Shown piece by piece: positions 13,770-26,385 of a stretch of DNA of 64,000 nt. The stretch's first letter is position 1; the number at the start of each line of letters is the position of its first letter. A model generated the notes under the pieces. It had not been told where the DNA came from. It searched no databases and was given only the letters and a program-made list of their open reading frames with translations. The stretch comes from Iphione sp. A-MEVVRFRX5. Taxonomy: Eukaryota. The stretch covers positions 61,380,001-61,444,000 of the forward strand of contig OZ320313.1 of assembly GCA_976226885.1 (NCBI GenBank), written 5' to 3'. Made by a program: the position numbers and the translations under genes.

Positions 13770-13850
13770 AAGATGGCGGCGCATCTGCCACTTGGTTGCC
13801 ATGGTACCAAGGGTGTCGACCCATCGGGCCTCTCGTCTCGAGACCTTCCG
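13770..13850 (+). promoter_or_regulatory. Promoter/first-exon signature: YY1-type AAGATGGCGGC, RFX X-box-like site and candidate first exon (MAAHLPLGCHGTKGVDPSGLSSRDLP)
   Basis: aagatggcggc at 13770-13780; GTTGCCATGGTACC at 13795-13808 (one mismatch to GTTNCCATGGNAAC); donor CCG|gtatgg after 26 codons; locally CpG-rich. Confidence 0.45.
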
Positions 13851-14239
13851 GTATGGAGAGAGGTTACACCGGGGAGAGTACCGACGCAACCCTCCTTCAG
13901 AGATTCCGGACAGCCATTACACCGAGAAGCAATCATACCTTCATTTAAAGCCGTCACCCCGACCGAAGTTTCTGGGCTCAATCACTGCTGGACGATGTAT
14001 ATTTCCATCTAAAACATCTCGTCACCACAAATACCATGTCTGCGAAAATTATTCCAAACTGTACTCTAGACGTAAAATCCAAACGATATTAGGTGAATTT
14101 CGAGTAAGTTTTGACTAGTGTATAACGAGCCGATATGTTTCTGATATAGTTGCATAGAAAATAACGCCGAAAGAACTGTAGTTTTAAAACAAGTTACGAA
14201 ACTGTTTGCTGAAACATTCGGTGTAATCAGGAATTTAAT

Positions 14240-15480
14240 GCCCCAAGCTGGTACCTATTAGGCCTCAACGAGTAACTTGCCTCCTAAACCAGATCCCCAT
14301 TTCTAAAGGAGATTTTAGCCCTCTCGTCCGACACAATATTTTCCAGCAATGCATTTTCCAAGTGGATTTCTTCAAGCACAGCATTCTAAGCACTCTCAGT
14401 CATCCATCTAAAAATCTTCCTCGGGCCACACTACCAAAATATCTTCGGCTGTCTGTCCAGCCCCTTGCTCCCTGAGACCACCTGCGATGGCCGTGCGACT
14501 GATTCTGCTAGAAGGTGCCAGCCATGTAAGGAGTACACCAAGTTGGTATATTGATCCCGACGAGTCTACTGCACGAGGGCCAGCGCTACGGCTCTCACTG
14601 GCTCCTTCTAGTTAAAAACAGTAGTTCCCAACATCAACAGACTGACCTTAGTCTGTCTACGTCCAGTTTACAGGACGACCGGCGAGTAGAGAGGCATCCC
14701 CCGAGTGAGTGTTCCCGAGGGGTCGTGTTCGCCGGCACTGTCAAAATGAATGGCAGGAATAATTTCCTTCACATTCCATTGATATATATATGCAGACCAA
14801 TCTGCTGACTTTGATGGAGGGAAAGGGGGTCCTCTCTGTTAAAGTCACTAATAGGGAATGCGGTGCATTCATTATTCATATATACGTGTAGCAATCGTCA
14901 GAAATTATGTCTTCAAAGGCGGCTGGCACCGACTAATTTTTGTTACCTTGTGTATTGCCCAGACTTAGTTAAGGGTGGCGCCAGTTTAGTTTCGATGCGC
15001 GTCGCTCACCAGTTTGCACTGATACACGTCCCTCGGCCATCGTTGGCGCGCTAATGGGGCAGGGGGTCCAGTGATGTCCCTGCAGAGTTTAGTCGGCGAT
15101 GGCCGCTGCTCTCCCCCGGCCAGTGAATCTTTCATGGCGCGGCTTTCACTGCTAACATAGGCGCCCCTCTCCTGATGGAATCTGCCTGTAGTGATGGAAT
15201 TAGCCGCTCCCGAGCCAAGTTGTGTCCCTCCTGAGGGGGATGAGGTAATGTATGATTGCAGTGACGGCCATAGGACGGGCCCAGCCGGCACTGAGGGGGG
15301 CCCTGGTCCCGGCAGATCGACTCCCAACCGAAACAACAGCGACGTTGCCATATCCACCTACACCCTTTACTACCCCATCATCAGCCATCCTTTTTCTCTC
15401 CTGCTTCCCCCTCCGGCCCCTTATTCCCACCCACAGTAACACCCAGTACCAATGTCTCGCCATATCCATTTCCAGCTCCC
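14240..15480 (+). mobile_element. Probable decayed tyrosine-recombinase (DIRS/Ngaro-like) retrotransposon relic
   Basis: Broken frames give KEILAL, then CIFQVDFFKHSILSTLSHPSKNLPRATLPKYLRLSV (RNase H-like), then ALRLSLAPSS*KQ* (like the SLAPSTRKTY start of DIRS recombinases). This is the expected order, followed by a GC-rich tail and a C-rich tract. Motif resemblance judged by eye only. Confidence 0.35.
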
Positions 15481-17187
15481 CATCAAAGGAAGCTAAGCGG
15501 CCTTTCACAGCTTCTAAGCATACCTTTCTTAATAATGAATGGATTATGAGGTATTTTCCCTCGTATAATTGAAAGCAGATTAACACCATAGCAGGGACTG
15601 CCAACAGTGATTGTCTTTAAGCCTCCAATGTACCTCTTGGGTGTGTGTGGCTTCACAGCGGCGTGTTCTCTCATGGCCGGATAAATCAATCTCATGTCCT
15701 GTCAACAATGGCACACGTGTATTTCATTCAGCTGACGCGTCACCTCGATGTTATGTCTCAATTCTGTTTACTGTAGTCGAGGAAAAGATTTTATTCTAAG
15801 GATCTATCTATATTCAAACATCTTTACCATCTTGCTTAACGCCAGAAGAAAATGTACAGTGTACATGTATGTTCATTTGCATTGAAAGGTAGAAATCCTG
15901 GCGTTGACTGCTTTGTCGGTGATTGTCATTTTGCTATAGATTGTCAAAAAACAATAACACAGTTTCGTATGTAATCGACATGAAAGGTGTTTAATACATA
16001 TCTAATATCAAACATTGTGCTAGAAATTCATGAAGACGATATAATATACAAGAAGTTTAACATGACAGCCGACCTTTCGCGGTCATTCTAAAACAACAAT
16101 CATACAGCATTTGGGAGTACCATAGGCTTTAGCAGTCTCGCGCACTGAAGCGCAACGATTTTACTCCAAGGTGTCTTTATTGGTATGTATTTTAATCACT
16201 AATAACAGTAGAATGATTCTGATTAACCGTTGTCTGAATACCTAGATTAAAACTAAACTATGCAATATTGGATCACGTGAAGTGCCAATATCACAGGCGA
16301 TGAAGTAGATTTCACCAAATACTTTTTCGAATACATAGATAATGTATATCATGTTTAAGCATAATAATGAGAGCGCACATGTACACATATATTACATATG
16401 TTGAACATGAGACATAATCGGAGGCTTACAAATGTCTGTCTAGGTTTTGAAGCGGCTCCTAACTTGCTCCAGAGCAGTTCGTGGTCTTTGTCAGACCTCA
16501 GGCTTGTTCCAGTTTCTCTATCCTTTCCAATGTACATCCGCTCTCAACTGTAGGAAGGTGATTGTTGCTCGGTCGATGAAAAATTCATCTGGCATCGTAT
16601 GAAAAAGCCCAGGCATGATGAGCGAGCCTGATCACTTATTGTCTGCAGTTGCATGCTCTCCGTGACAAGGGAGAAGCCGGCCCACCTACAGAGGGAGCCC
16701 AATTGTATGGTCATGTTTGGTGGGAGTGCGTAGATGACTGTGTGGGTGCGTGGCTGTTTGCATGGGTGCGCGCTTGGCCTGTGTATAGCAGGTTATCCTT
16801 AACCGAAAAGTGATGTCGTTCACTTTGGGGAAACAGAAATCCCCAATACAAGCATATCATTATTTCATCTTATCTTTGTTTAATATCGTTCTGAACAATA
16901 CAACAGCTGGAAAATAGAAAAGTAGGAGACAGAATTGAATAGGTAATAACAACTGTTAATTGGATTGCATTGAATGTAGCTATGGTTTGATGTAATAGCT
17001 TTGGTTAGATTCCTTGTTAAGATCGTGAAGTGTCGGTGAACAGTATACAGGAACGTCTAGGCTTAAAGTTGCCCTGTTGTTAGCTGGGTGGTCGTAAACA
17101 AATTGTAAGAACTGAGTCTACTGGCCTACTTGATGAGATTTGATTGACGCAGCTACAACACTACATACATGTACATACTCCCTCTCC

Positions 17188-17332
17188 AAAAGCCCAATTT
17201 AACTGAATATTATGGGGAAAAGTCCAAATTAATGGAATATTATGGGGGAAAAGTCCAAATTAACTGAATATTATGGGGAAAAAGTCCAATTTAACTGAAT
17301 ATTATGGGGGAAAAGTCCAAATTAACTGAATA
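17188..17332. repeat. Minisatellite, ~31-bp unit x ~4.7
   Basis: Unit aaaagtccaaattaactgaatattatgggg(g). Confidence 0.9.
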
Positions 17333-17535
17333 ACAGGAGCTCCTCTAGGTTCGTTTTCATAGTGTTTCTTGGGTATCAGGGCCGGCGGTCGCCCCTGTTA
17401 CCCTCAAACAAGCGCGACAGGAGCTCCACTAGGGTCGTTTTCATAGTGTTTCTTGGGTATCAGGGCCGGCGGTCTCCCTGGTTACCCTTAAACAAGCGCG
17501 ACAGGAGCTCCTCTAGGGTCGTTTTCATAGTGTTT
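17333..17535. repeat. Tandem repeat, 84-bp unit x ~2.4
   Basis: acaggagctcc...caaacaagcgcg starting at 17333, 17417 and 17501. Confidence 0.9.
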
Positions 17536-17747
17536 TCATAGTGGTCGCCCCAGGCACCTGGAAATCATAGTTTCTGTTCTTAAAATGGTGGTCTTAATGG
17601 CCGAATGGTCGCCCTAGCCATTGGTCGCCATGGGCGAAGTCTCTCATATAGAGAATGTACTAAATTTCAGTCGGTTCTGGCCAAAAGTGGTCGCCATGGG
17701 CGAGTGGTCGCCCCAAGCGGCTGGTCGCATGGTGGGGTTCGCCTGTA
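17536..17747. mobile_element. Right end of a Tc1/mariner (Tigger/pogo-like) MITE
   Basis: Ends ...ggggttcgcctg-TA (reverse TA-CAGGCGAACC) with several internal TGGTCGCC subterminal repeats. No matching left TIR seen. Confidence 0.55.
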
Positions 17748-20700
17748 TATTTGAGATAACACCATTTAAATTTTTTGTTACTATTTAAACAGAAAAAGAC
17801 CTAGAAGAGGCCTATGATTATAGAGTAGGAAAATGACAAGCACGGTTCATTAATCAATATATCGTTGTCACACATTAGATAGATATCTTCATAAAGCATG
17901 TCAGACTTTTGTGAATCTGAATAATTTACAAGTCGCTGTATTATTTTGAATTTGGTGGTATTTTGTAAGAGACGACAAATGCACTGCAATGTATAGGCTC
18001 TCTCTAATGCTATTATGAACAAGATTAGAGTTGGTAGCGCGTTAATTCTCTCCATTTCACTTCATGGAAGCTAGTGATGGATATGTAATAGGCACGCCTG
18101 GCTTTTTACTTTCGTTCTTGTAATGAACAAAGAGATGACAAAGAGAGAACACCAACGGCACCGTAACTCCAGATACCCGTGTTTCTCTTTTTTGTTTTGG
18201 TTTGTGTGCTTCTTTTCTTGCTTTTACGCGTTCTTCGGTCCGACAGGTCCCCTGAGAGTCTTGCTCATTGTGCATGCCCATAAAGATTCAGACAGCTGAA
18301 GTAGACATCATTACGTTCGCGGTTTGGTGAAAAATGCCTTGACGCCATCGCGTGCTCAAGAAAGATTAATGTATGCTCGAGGGAAGGTGAAATATTATGT
18401 AAACGAGGGTTGTTTAGATTCAAGACATCGAACCAAGGAGCAATATACTAGATCTACAAGCACCGTGTTAGAGAAACAACAATCAATAACAGTTACCTTA
18501 CTGGTCAGTCTTGTTATATACAGACTATCGAAATCTATTAGATAATACATGTAGTTTATTAAGGACTTTTGTTAAAGCTTTTATGCCATAATACTATCCA
18601 TTCTTGCAATCGCTGGCTGTCTTTGCCATGGTGTACACTAGTCTGCCATCCGCTTTTTGCTTTAGTTTTATCTGCAGGTTCCCAATGACGAACCGGTTCT
18701 GTTTTTTTTTTAAATTTAGCTTTTGCACAGACTAATTTGGGAATGTAAAGCACCCTGAGTTAAAGCTTTTTAAGTTGTTGTTTTGGGCGAGTAAATTGCG
18801 CACTGTCAGCTACGACCTAGTGACGAATATGGAGAGCTTAAATGTTTTCCATACGGGCTTTGTTCTGTACACTGAATCTTGCTAGAAAGAACAATTTTGT
18901 AAGGATATCCATCAGATAATTGTATCTACGATAGCAGTTTGCAGATCCAGGTAATCTAACATATGTAAATTTCCTTTCTTGATATAACGGTAATTATATT
19001 TCGTTTTATGCAGAACACGTGTACATTTATAAGAAATCGCCCCACATTTTATGTACATGCATGGGATATGAGCAAGTTCATTGTTAAACATGGATACACT
19101 CTGAACAGCAGTACAACTGACAGAGGCATTCCTTACCCACGATATAGAATACGCGTTTGCTTTATTAACGGCAGCAAAGAAGCAGGATGAAGGTAGCTGA
19201 AATTGCAGCTGGCAAGAGCAACCAGAGTATTCCAACACACTGCCTATTTCCCATCCTTTTTCGCTCATCAATAAAACGTATCAAATGGAGGGGACTTGGG
19301 ATACTGTATTACACAACTGCCATGGCTACACATCCGCATCAATGGATTTGAAGGCAAGCTTTTTACACAGTATTTGTTGTTTGCTTGTTTCGATGTGTGT
19401 ATGGCGGAATGATATGGATGATACCTGTAACCACTGTTAACTTTCCATGTTAATCTTTCAAACGTCCATTACTTTGCAAACGTTTTCGTTGGCTTTCCCC
19501 TTGCAAATTTTATTCCCACATCATCGGATTTATAATAATTATGATCATTGAGTTCCCTCTTTGGTGATTCAGTACATTTTCATTTGCAATTGCAGGTACA
19601 TTTTACATGTATTGCCATATTATCTCTTTCGTAATAAATAATAAAACCCAGCACCCACTCCCTTCTCACTTACCGCTGATAAACACTTACTCCTTTCATG
19701 CCTACATTTCGTGATTTCTACGCATGTGCAGGTGACAATTTGATACCCACTCCTGATACAGCAGTATTACAGGTGAGCCAGTGGCCGTTGCCTGGTGTTA
19801 CCAGGTACAATGGTGGGTTATCGCTGTTGTGGCAGCCGTTGCACAGTGGACGGTGCAATGGCAGAGAGCTCATATGAATAAATTATGATGCAGTTAGTGC
19901 CTGAGGCGGACTCGGGCGGGCTGTTGGTGTCAGGTCTTCTGTCCGCTGGGGCTGTGATCACGTGATAGTGTCAGCGCATCCTCTTGTATCTTTGAGCCTA
20001 CGTACTTACTTTTTAATATGTCATGTATCTCTTAGTCAACGTATTGAGGTGTGCACCGTAGCAGACTTCTGACACATAGAATGAAATTGATCTGCGCAGT
20101 TGTCTAGCGTTCAGTTGCCATAGTCCACAAGTATCATAATTATACAACTTATGTTTCCCTTGTATTCATCAAAATAAAGAAATTACACGTGACAAGCATT
20201 GAGGAAACTGTCAAAAAATCGCAAGTAATACGTTCAAACCAACTGTCGGGTTAAAGGCTTATCTCCATGGTTATCGGCATCGTGCGGTATTATATTAACC
20301 GATTACCTAGCAAAATGTTCTTGACCTGATACAATGTGAGCTTCCCATGAACTATTCACGACCGCAAGCAGGGCATTTCAATGAAAAACAGAACTTGGAG
20401 GGCTTCACTGCCTCTGCTTAACACGGGCGGAAATGAGCGCCCTATGAGACACATGGTATGCTTAAACCTCTATACATGTATATACAATACTAACCACACA
20501 ATGGACAAATAAATAAATTCTACTTTTGCCACTCCTCCCCAATGCCGACCTCATAATGTTTTGTAAAGCTACAGGTGTGGCCCGTAAATATCGAAGTAGC
20601 CACTCGCGATAGCCGCCTACAAAAAGTAGTTATAAGAATGACACACATAGAACCCAGTTTCTGTTCTCTGAGTAAAGCTTTTTTCATGTTTTCGTAGAAC

Positions 20701-21129
20701 AATGTGGGAGCTCAAGGGTTAAGGCGTTGTTATTGCAGACTTGCGGTCTAAAAGTCAGACCAGCTTACCCGACCTGGGACGACTTCTCATTAGGAATAAT
20801 TAAACCGTGCGTTGGTTTGACCTCCCTCCGAGTAATGGCAGGAATATTGTTAGCTAACACCGTCAAGTAAATCAAACACGTAATGAATAACGAAGGTAGC
20901 ATCTCTATCCTTCATACACTGCTATTGCTACCACCCTGAAATTCACGGACACGTTTTATTAACGGATTCTAGCGTGGTTGGACGCATTTCTATATAGGTG
21001 ACCTTGTTGTTGTGGCGACTACAAGGAGTGCGGTGATGTTAACGTCTTCGTTGGCGTAAATTGAATACCGTAGCTGGCAGGGAACCCGAAAGACATGGGC
21101 CATTTGCTGGCTCGCTTCAGCACAGCGAA

Positions 21130-22150
21130 AATTGTCATTCAGTCAAAGTGCCCATTGGGTGCGAGAACAAATGGACGTTACTGCTCAGGGAGCGCCCCTG
21201 TTTAGTGCTACGAAGGTGAGGTAGTAAGGGGTAAATGTGAGGAAGGCCATCCTTGTAGGCCACGTCCGTAGGCACGGTATTATTGTGGTCAAAATTGCGG
21301 CACTCTTGGAGGCCATTAACTTTCCTGGACGGCCAACGAGCGAGTGCTATGATTGGCTGATTGGGGCAAATGATATCCAATTGACGGACTTGTTGGCATT
21401 CACCGCTGAGCGATGGAGATGGTTTAGGCGGAAGAAGGGGTTCAGGTAGCCTCGGGGTCATCTCAGTAGAAGGGTTGTGCAACGAAAAGTTATATGTAAG
21501 GCTAGAGCTGTTTTTTTCCATGAGTCGATTGCGTCTAGCCCTGGTGCAGGGAGATCATCCAGGGCGCACTCCCAATGGAGGGACGGCGAGTAATATGGCG
21601 GCTTTCATATTAAACACCCACCATCTCATAGCGACCCAGACCAGAGATGGAACAATGATTGCCACCGCAAGCTGAACGTCGTTAAGATGAAGCACTATCG
21701 CCGTTACAACCCAAGGCGTTCTCTGACCCGACCCTGCCGACGTTTAGATGAACCTGCATACGCCGATGGTGATGATGTAAGCGCCCTAGACCTTAGACTG
21801 ACCTCCCTTCTTCACCTCTCCTCCCACAAGGGCACCAACACTTGACAGCGCCAGCAAGAAAAACGTCGCCCTGTTACCTGCGTCCTCGTTGTCATGACGA
21901 TGGGGAATGAAGATCCATTGACCTTGGCTTGTGTGTGGTTTGAAGGTCATCTCCCCGGCTGTTACATTAATTGGCAGTCCGCCCCCATGAGCGATGTGAC
22001 ATCAGGTCAGGCTATCCTACGCCTATGAGCTGTAGCGTGGTCGGGAAAGTGCTCTTGTTTGTTGGTGCGTACGTAGATAGATAGGTGTGTGAGTAGGTTA
22101 GTATGGGGAGATAGGCTGGTGAGGGTTGGTATTATATTGACAGGGTGGTC
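21130..22150 (+). mobile_element. Second probable DIRS/Ngaro-like relic (GC-rich island)
   Basis: Plus frames give FILNTHHL...MIATAS*TSLR (like the RNase H end HIPG-N-AD-LSR), then LTSLLHLSSHKGTNT* (recombinase-start-like). Closed by a strand-asymmetric G-rich tract at 22070-22140. Weak, by-eye similarity. Confidence 0.25.
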
Positions 22151-24537
22151 TCTCGGGGAAAGACAGCGATATTAGGGCCCAGGGATAAGACAACCGTTAT
22201 CGTAGGAATAATCAACTATGCATGAGTTCCGAGGCAAATTTTATGGGCATAAAGCATAAAATCTGATCTCCTAATGTGACAGCAATTATCCGGAGGAATC
22301 TACCATGCACGGATGATTACTGTAATAGCACTTCAAATGATACTTATTTTCAGATACACGTAGATTTGTTTTCAGAATAAAGTATTGCCCTTAAATCTTT
22401 GATACTTAACGTTCGCATAAGACAGGCGGTCTATATCCGCTTTTCATTATTATATCTCAATTCCCCTTCGCTATCACTCAATGATAATTCAAAATATTCG
22501 GCCCTTGTAAAAGAGGACCAGGAGCTGGCACTACGAAGCCCATTAAATACCTTGACAAATCCATTTTGAGGCAGCGTCAAAATGTGGGCAAGAGTCAAAC
22601 CGCGTCCCCCGAAGCGTCATTGGAGAGAACCGCAAATCACGCGTTCCTGCGTCTCTAAAAGAGGTGCTCCGAGATATGGAGGACTTCGGCCGTGCGCCTA
22701 CTATCCGTACGGTTGAAACCAACGGATTGTGTTCGGATCAGACGAAATGTGACTAATCGATCGGGGCGGTTCTACAAGGGTAGAACTCATATCTCGGCAA
22801 ACAGAAGGCCGCCCGATGGACTGGGCCTCAGTGAACCGTTGTAAATTGAAACCGTGCCCAGCACCGTCCATGGAGTCCAAATCTAAAGATGCAGATGACG
22901 GACGTCGTTATGCATGGGCATCAGATGTATTGACGAATGCAATGGTAAAGTTTTGTTAATGAATGCAGCTAATTGTTTGCTTAGGTGCCATGTGTAGTAT
23001 GCATTTGAAATGAAATCCAATATTCATGTGCACATGTGAAAGCTAAGGGTGAATATAGAGATGCATAAAGCGCAGGAGCTATTCCAGGTAAATATCTGAA
23101 ATGTGATAACTGAGTTCCTATGAAGGAAAGACGTTTCTCCTAGACCACTTTATTTATTGCTCGGCAGAGCAATAGTACGAGAGTATGCATGGCGGCCAGT
23201 CTAAGTCGAAATCCTCCCGCTCCTCTCACTTACAGAGAGGGGAAAGGGACCGACCATCTCGGAAAATGCATTAGCGCCATCGACTGCGCTCCGCTGGTAA
23301 ATGAAATAGCTGTGCCCCGTTTGATTGTCGATACAGTCGCCGACAAAGCCCAGGCAAATCGGACGCGTGGTCAGCCAGGAAATTAATAGATCGACCATCG
23401 AATGGCGGGATAAAACGTATGCTGCAACATTCATGCGCTGAGTCAGTGCGTCCCTTCTGTCAACATTCTAGCAATTGTGCACTGGGGGCTCCAGCTCAGG
23501 CGAGGAGCGAGATGCGGCCAGTGAAAGACTGTGTTCCATTGCAGAAGTACGAATACCAAATGAGGATTCTGATTATGTTGGCAGGTTGAAACAACAGATG
23601 GTGCAATGAAATGTTTACTGCTAATAACACGGCGGTTGTCCGATACCATGTTCGGTGCATGGGATAAATGTTAATTAATGATATATTTAGGATACCTTTT
23701 CTCGACAAATGTACTTGCTTTAGGGACCTATGTACCTGTCAGTTTTATGAACAGTAAAAGTGGAGATTCCTCCATTGCAGTACCTTCTATTTATCATATA
23801 TCCCATGATGCATCAAATCTGCATCAGTGATGCTGATGTACTGTTTTGTATAAAACATGTTAACTTACAGGTCATTTCACAATGTGTTCCAAATCACATA
23901 CAAGGACAAATTTGATATTAAAACACTGGAAATCATTTCCTGAACAATGTCTTAATGGAACTTTTTTTTCTAGGAGCAATGTTTTTCAATGGTTACCTTC
24001 CAGGAATGTACACGAGGGTAAATTCAATGTAAACTCTCTTATATCTAATTTTTGGATCAGGTCTTGTTGCCATGGTATCAAGTGTTCACTAATAGAATAG
24101 ACAGTGTACACCCTAGAAGCACCAAACTGCTGTATCAGCTCAATCAATTCTTTCTATTTTTATTTTCACTGAGTTTATACAATCGATTGCGTAAAATCCA
24201 GTAGTTCACCATTCACATTTCCCTGGTATGATAAAATGAAAAACTATGAAAATGTAAGATAAAAGGGATGTAGCAACAGTGAGAATGAACGGCCAGTTAA
24301 ACACAAGAATACTAGGTATGGATATTACAATACTGGAAACTCAACCAACCATTTGAAGCCAAATCTGGTGTATATCATTTGTACTTCGGCAGAGCCCCCC
24401 CGCACCTTTGCTATTTGAAAAGAGATTGACAGTGGGATAGAGGCGAAGCCCCTTTTACTTTGGTACCTCGCGGGTATTATGACCTTTTGCAGAAGGGTAG
24501 GCGCGAAGTTCGATATTGGTTAAACAGTACCAGATCT

Positions 24538-25140
24538 CTAGTATTGTTCTTTAATTTGGAATACGATTTTAAATCTTTCTGATCCCAAGTATTTCTTTAG
24601 AAAGTCAGCATAAACTTGAGTGTTTTTAATAATAGCATTTTCCAACACAGGTAGCAACACAGCGACAGCTAAGGCACTGTTATGACTTAGGAACTGCCTG
24701 ACCATTCTGAAAAACTTCAGCTTGCTCATACACTTCTTTCTTGCCGGAGAGTGTTTTTTTCACTGTTAAATGCCTGTAATTCCCGGGTGTAACATGTGTA
24801 ACCTCTAGGTATTTAATTTCATTTACAGCTGAGGTCGATCGAATTACAAAACGAGCATACTCACCTATAATCACTGCAAAAATAAATGCAGTTAGTCTTT
24901 GCAAGATTTATAATAAATCTAGCAGAATTTGTCCAAACCAATAGATGCTTCATCTTTTTATGCAGGCGAGCTAATGCTCTGTCTTTAGACTCATCCTTGA
25001 CTATGATGGCAACATCATTCGAATATATAAAACATTCCACATTAGCTAGGGCCAAGGGGATAAACAGGAACAACAAGGGCCCAACAATGGACCCTTGAGG
25101 TACCAAACTACGCACTACGAAATCCAACTTGCTCATCACA
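24538..25140 (-). mobile_element. Decayed L2/CR1-group LINE reverse transcriptase 3' fragment
   Basis: VPQGSIVGPLLF, YSND (decayed YADD), INLAKTNCIYF, VNEIKYLEVT (KYLG) and VKKTLS in successive frameshifted frames. Confidence 0.85.
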
Positions 25141-25958
25141 GTAAATGTTATCAGTGAATATACAGCCTTTTGTGAACTTTCCCACTGACGCTCAAAAGAC
25201 CAGTGAGTCTGTAATTATCTACACCATGGCGGACCCACCGTTATACAGTATCCAACCTTACAGTCTGATAGTATGATTCCGTTAACAAAACTGTTGTTGA
25301 ACAAATCAACACTCTTTTTTACCGGGTGCACATCAAAAGCCTCGCTGGCTATGCTCTCACTGACTGTCAAGACAATTTTATATACCTTGACAACTGTACA
25401 AATGAAGCTGTAAAGATATGGCCTGCTTATTTCTGTGCTGCATATTTATATAGGGCTTAATTTCCATGTACGTGTACATCCATTTTGATGGGCATGACAC
25501 TGTGATTTCTCCATGGTATTTGCAGAGTATGATTATCTACTGGAGTGTTTCCATGTGGCCATGCATGGCCGTGCCACCATTACCAAGCAGGTCACCCTGT
25601 TTTCAGATTGGGACATGATCAATTTTCGTGGCTGTGACGCCATGTTTAGGTGAAATATGAATCCTGTTAGGTGTGTATGTGACACAAAACACTCATTTCT
25701 GCGCTTTACATGGGCTATTGGCTCTGTTGTGCATTTTATCAAGAGTTATTCAAACTGTTGTGCAGTTTTAATGAGGTCCTTGCTCTGCTCCATGTTTTTG
25801 TCATTTATAGTGCAACATCCCCCTGCGGATACTTCTACAATGTGGACGCATCCCAAACGTGGATGGTTTGGGAAAGGATGGAAGTGTTCTCTATAGTTTA
25901 CCATTTTACATATGCCTCGAATGTTGACAGCCAATTTTACAGAGTGTCCCCCTATGGA

Positions 25959-26243
25959 CACCCATATCACCCATGAACAATGTGTTGTTGTGCAAATTTG
26001 GGTAGGATTTCAAGCCTCTGAAGTCTAATTAAGATAAGCACACACCCATATCACCCATGTACAATGTGTTGTCGCACAAAATTGAGTGATCAGGGAGGCC
26101 TCAGAATTCATTTTCACAGGTTTACTTGAATGCTCCCCTTCCGACGAGGTGTTGTTGCATGAATTGGAGGCAGCAGGGAGGCCATTTTCATATGTTTCTC
26201 TTGGTATCCTCCTACAGACAATGTGTTGTTGTGCGAATTTGGG
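25959..26243. repeat. Dispersed direct repeats (~45 bp, 84 bp apart, plus a partial third copy)
   Basis: cacccatatcacccatg(a/t)acaatgtgttgt at 25959 and 26043; acaatgtgttgttgtgcgaatttggg at 26218. Confidence 0.75.
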
Positions 26244-26270
26244 TCAGCAGAGAGGCGGTGAGATTTGTTT

Positions 26271-26385
26271 CAGCACTTTTATAACTTTTACTCATCAATA
26301 TCAGCACTTTTATGACTCTTACTCATCAAGTTCAGTACTTTTAGGACTCTTACTCATAAAATTCAGTAGTTTCAGGACTCTTACT
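26271..26385. repeat. Minisatellite, 31-bp unit x ~3.7
   Basis: cagcacttttatgactcttactcatcaa-type units at 26271, 26302, 26333 and 26364. Confidence 0.85.

Noticed and set aside
13517-13981. 154-aa minus ORF
   Set aside because: No recognisable domain; best explained as the antisense shadow of a GC-rich promoter/exon.
14953-14982. tattgcccag plus gtggcgcca, shared with the terminal LTR-like unit
   Set aside because: Two short matches in a different arrangement with no extended alignment; compatible with chance.
21088-21099. GAAAGACATGGG, 12 nt identical to part of miR-71
   Set aside because: The rest of the mature sequence differs and there is no hairpin.
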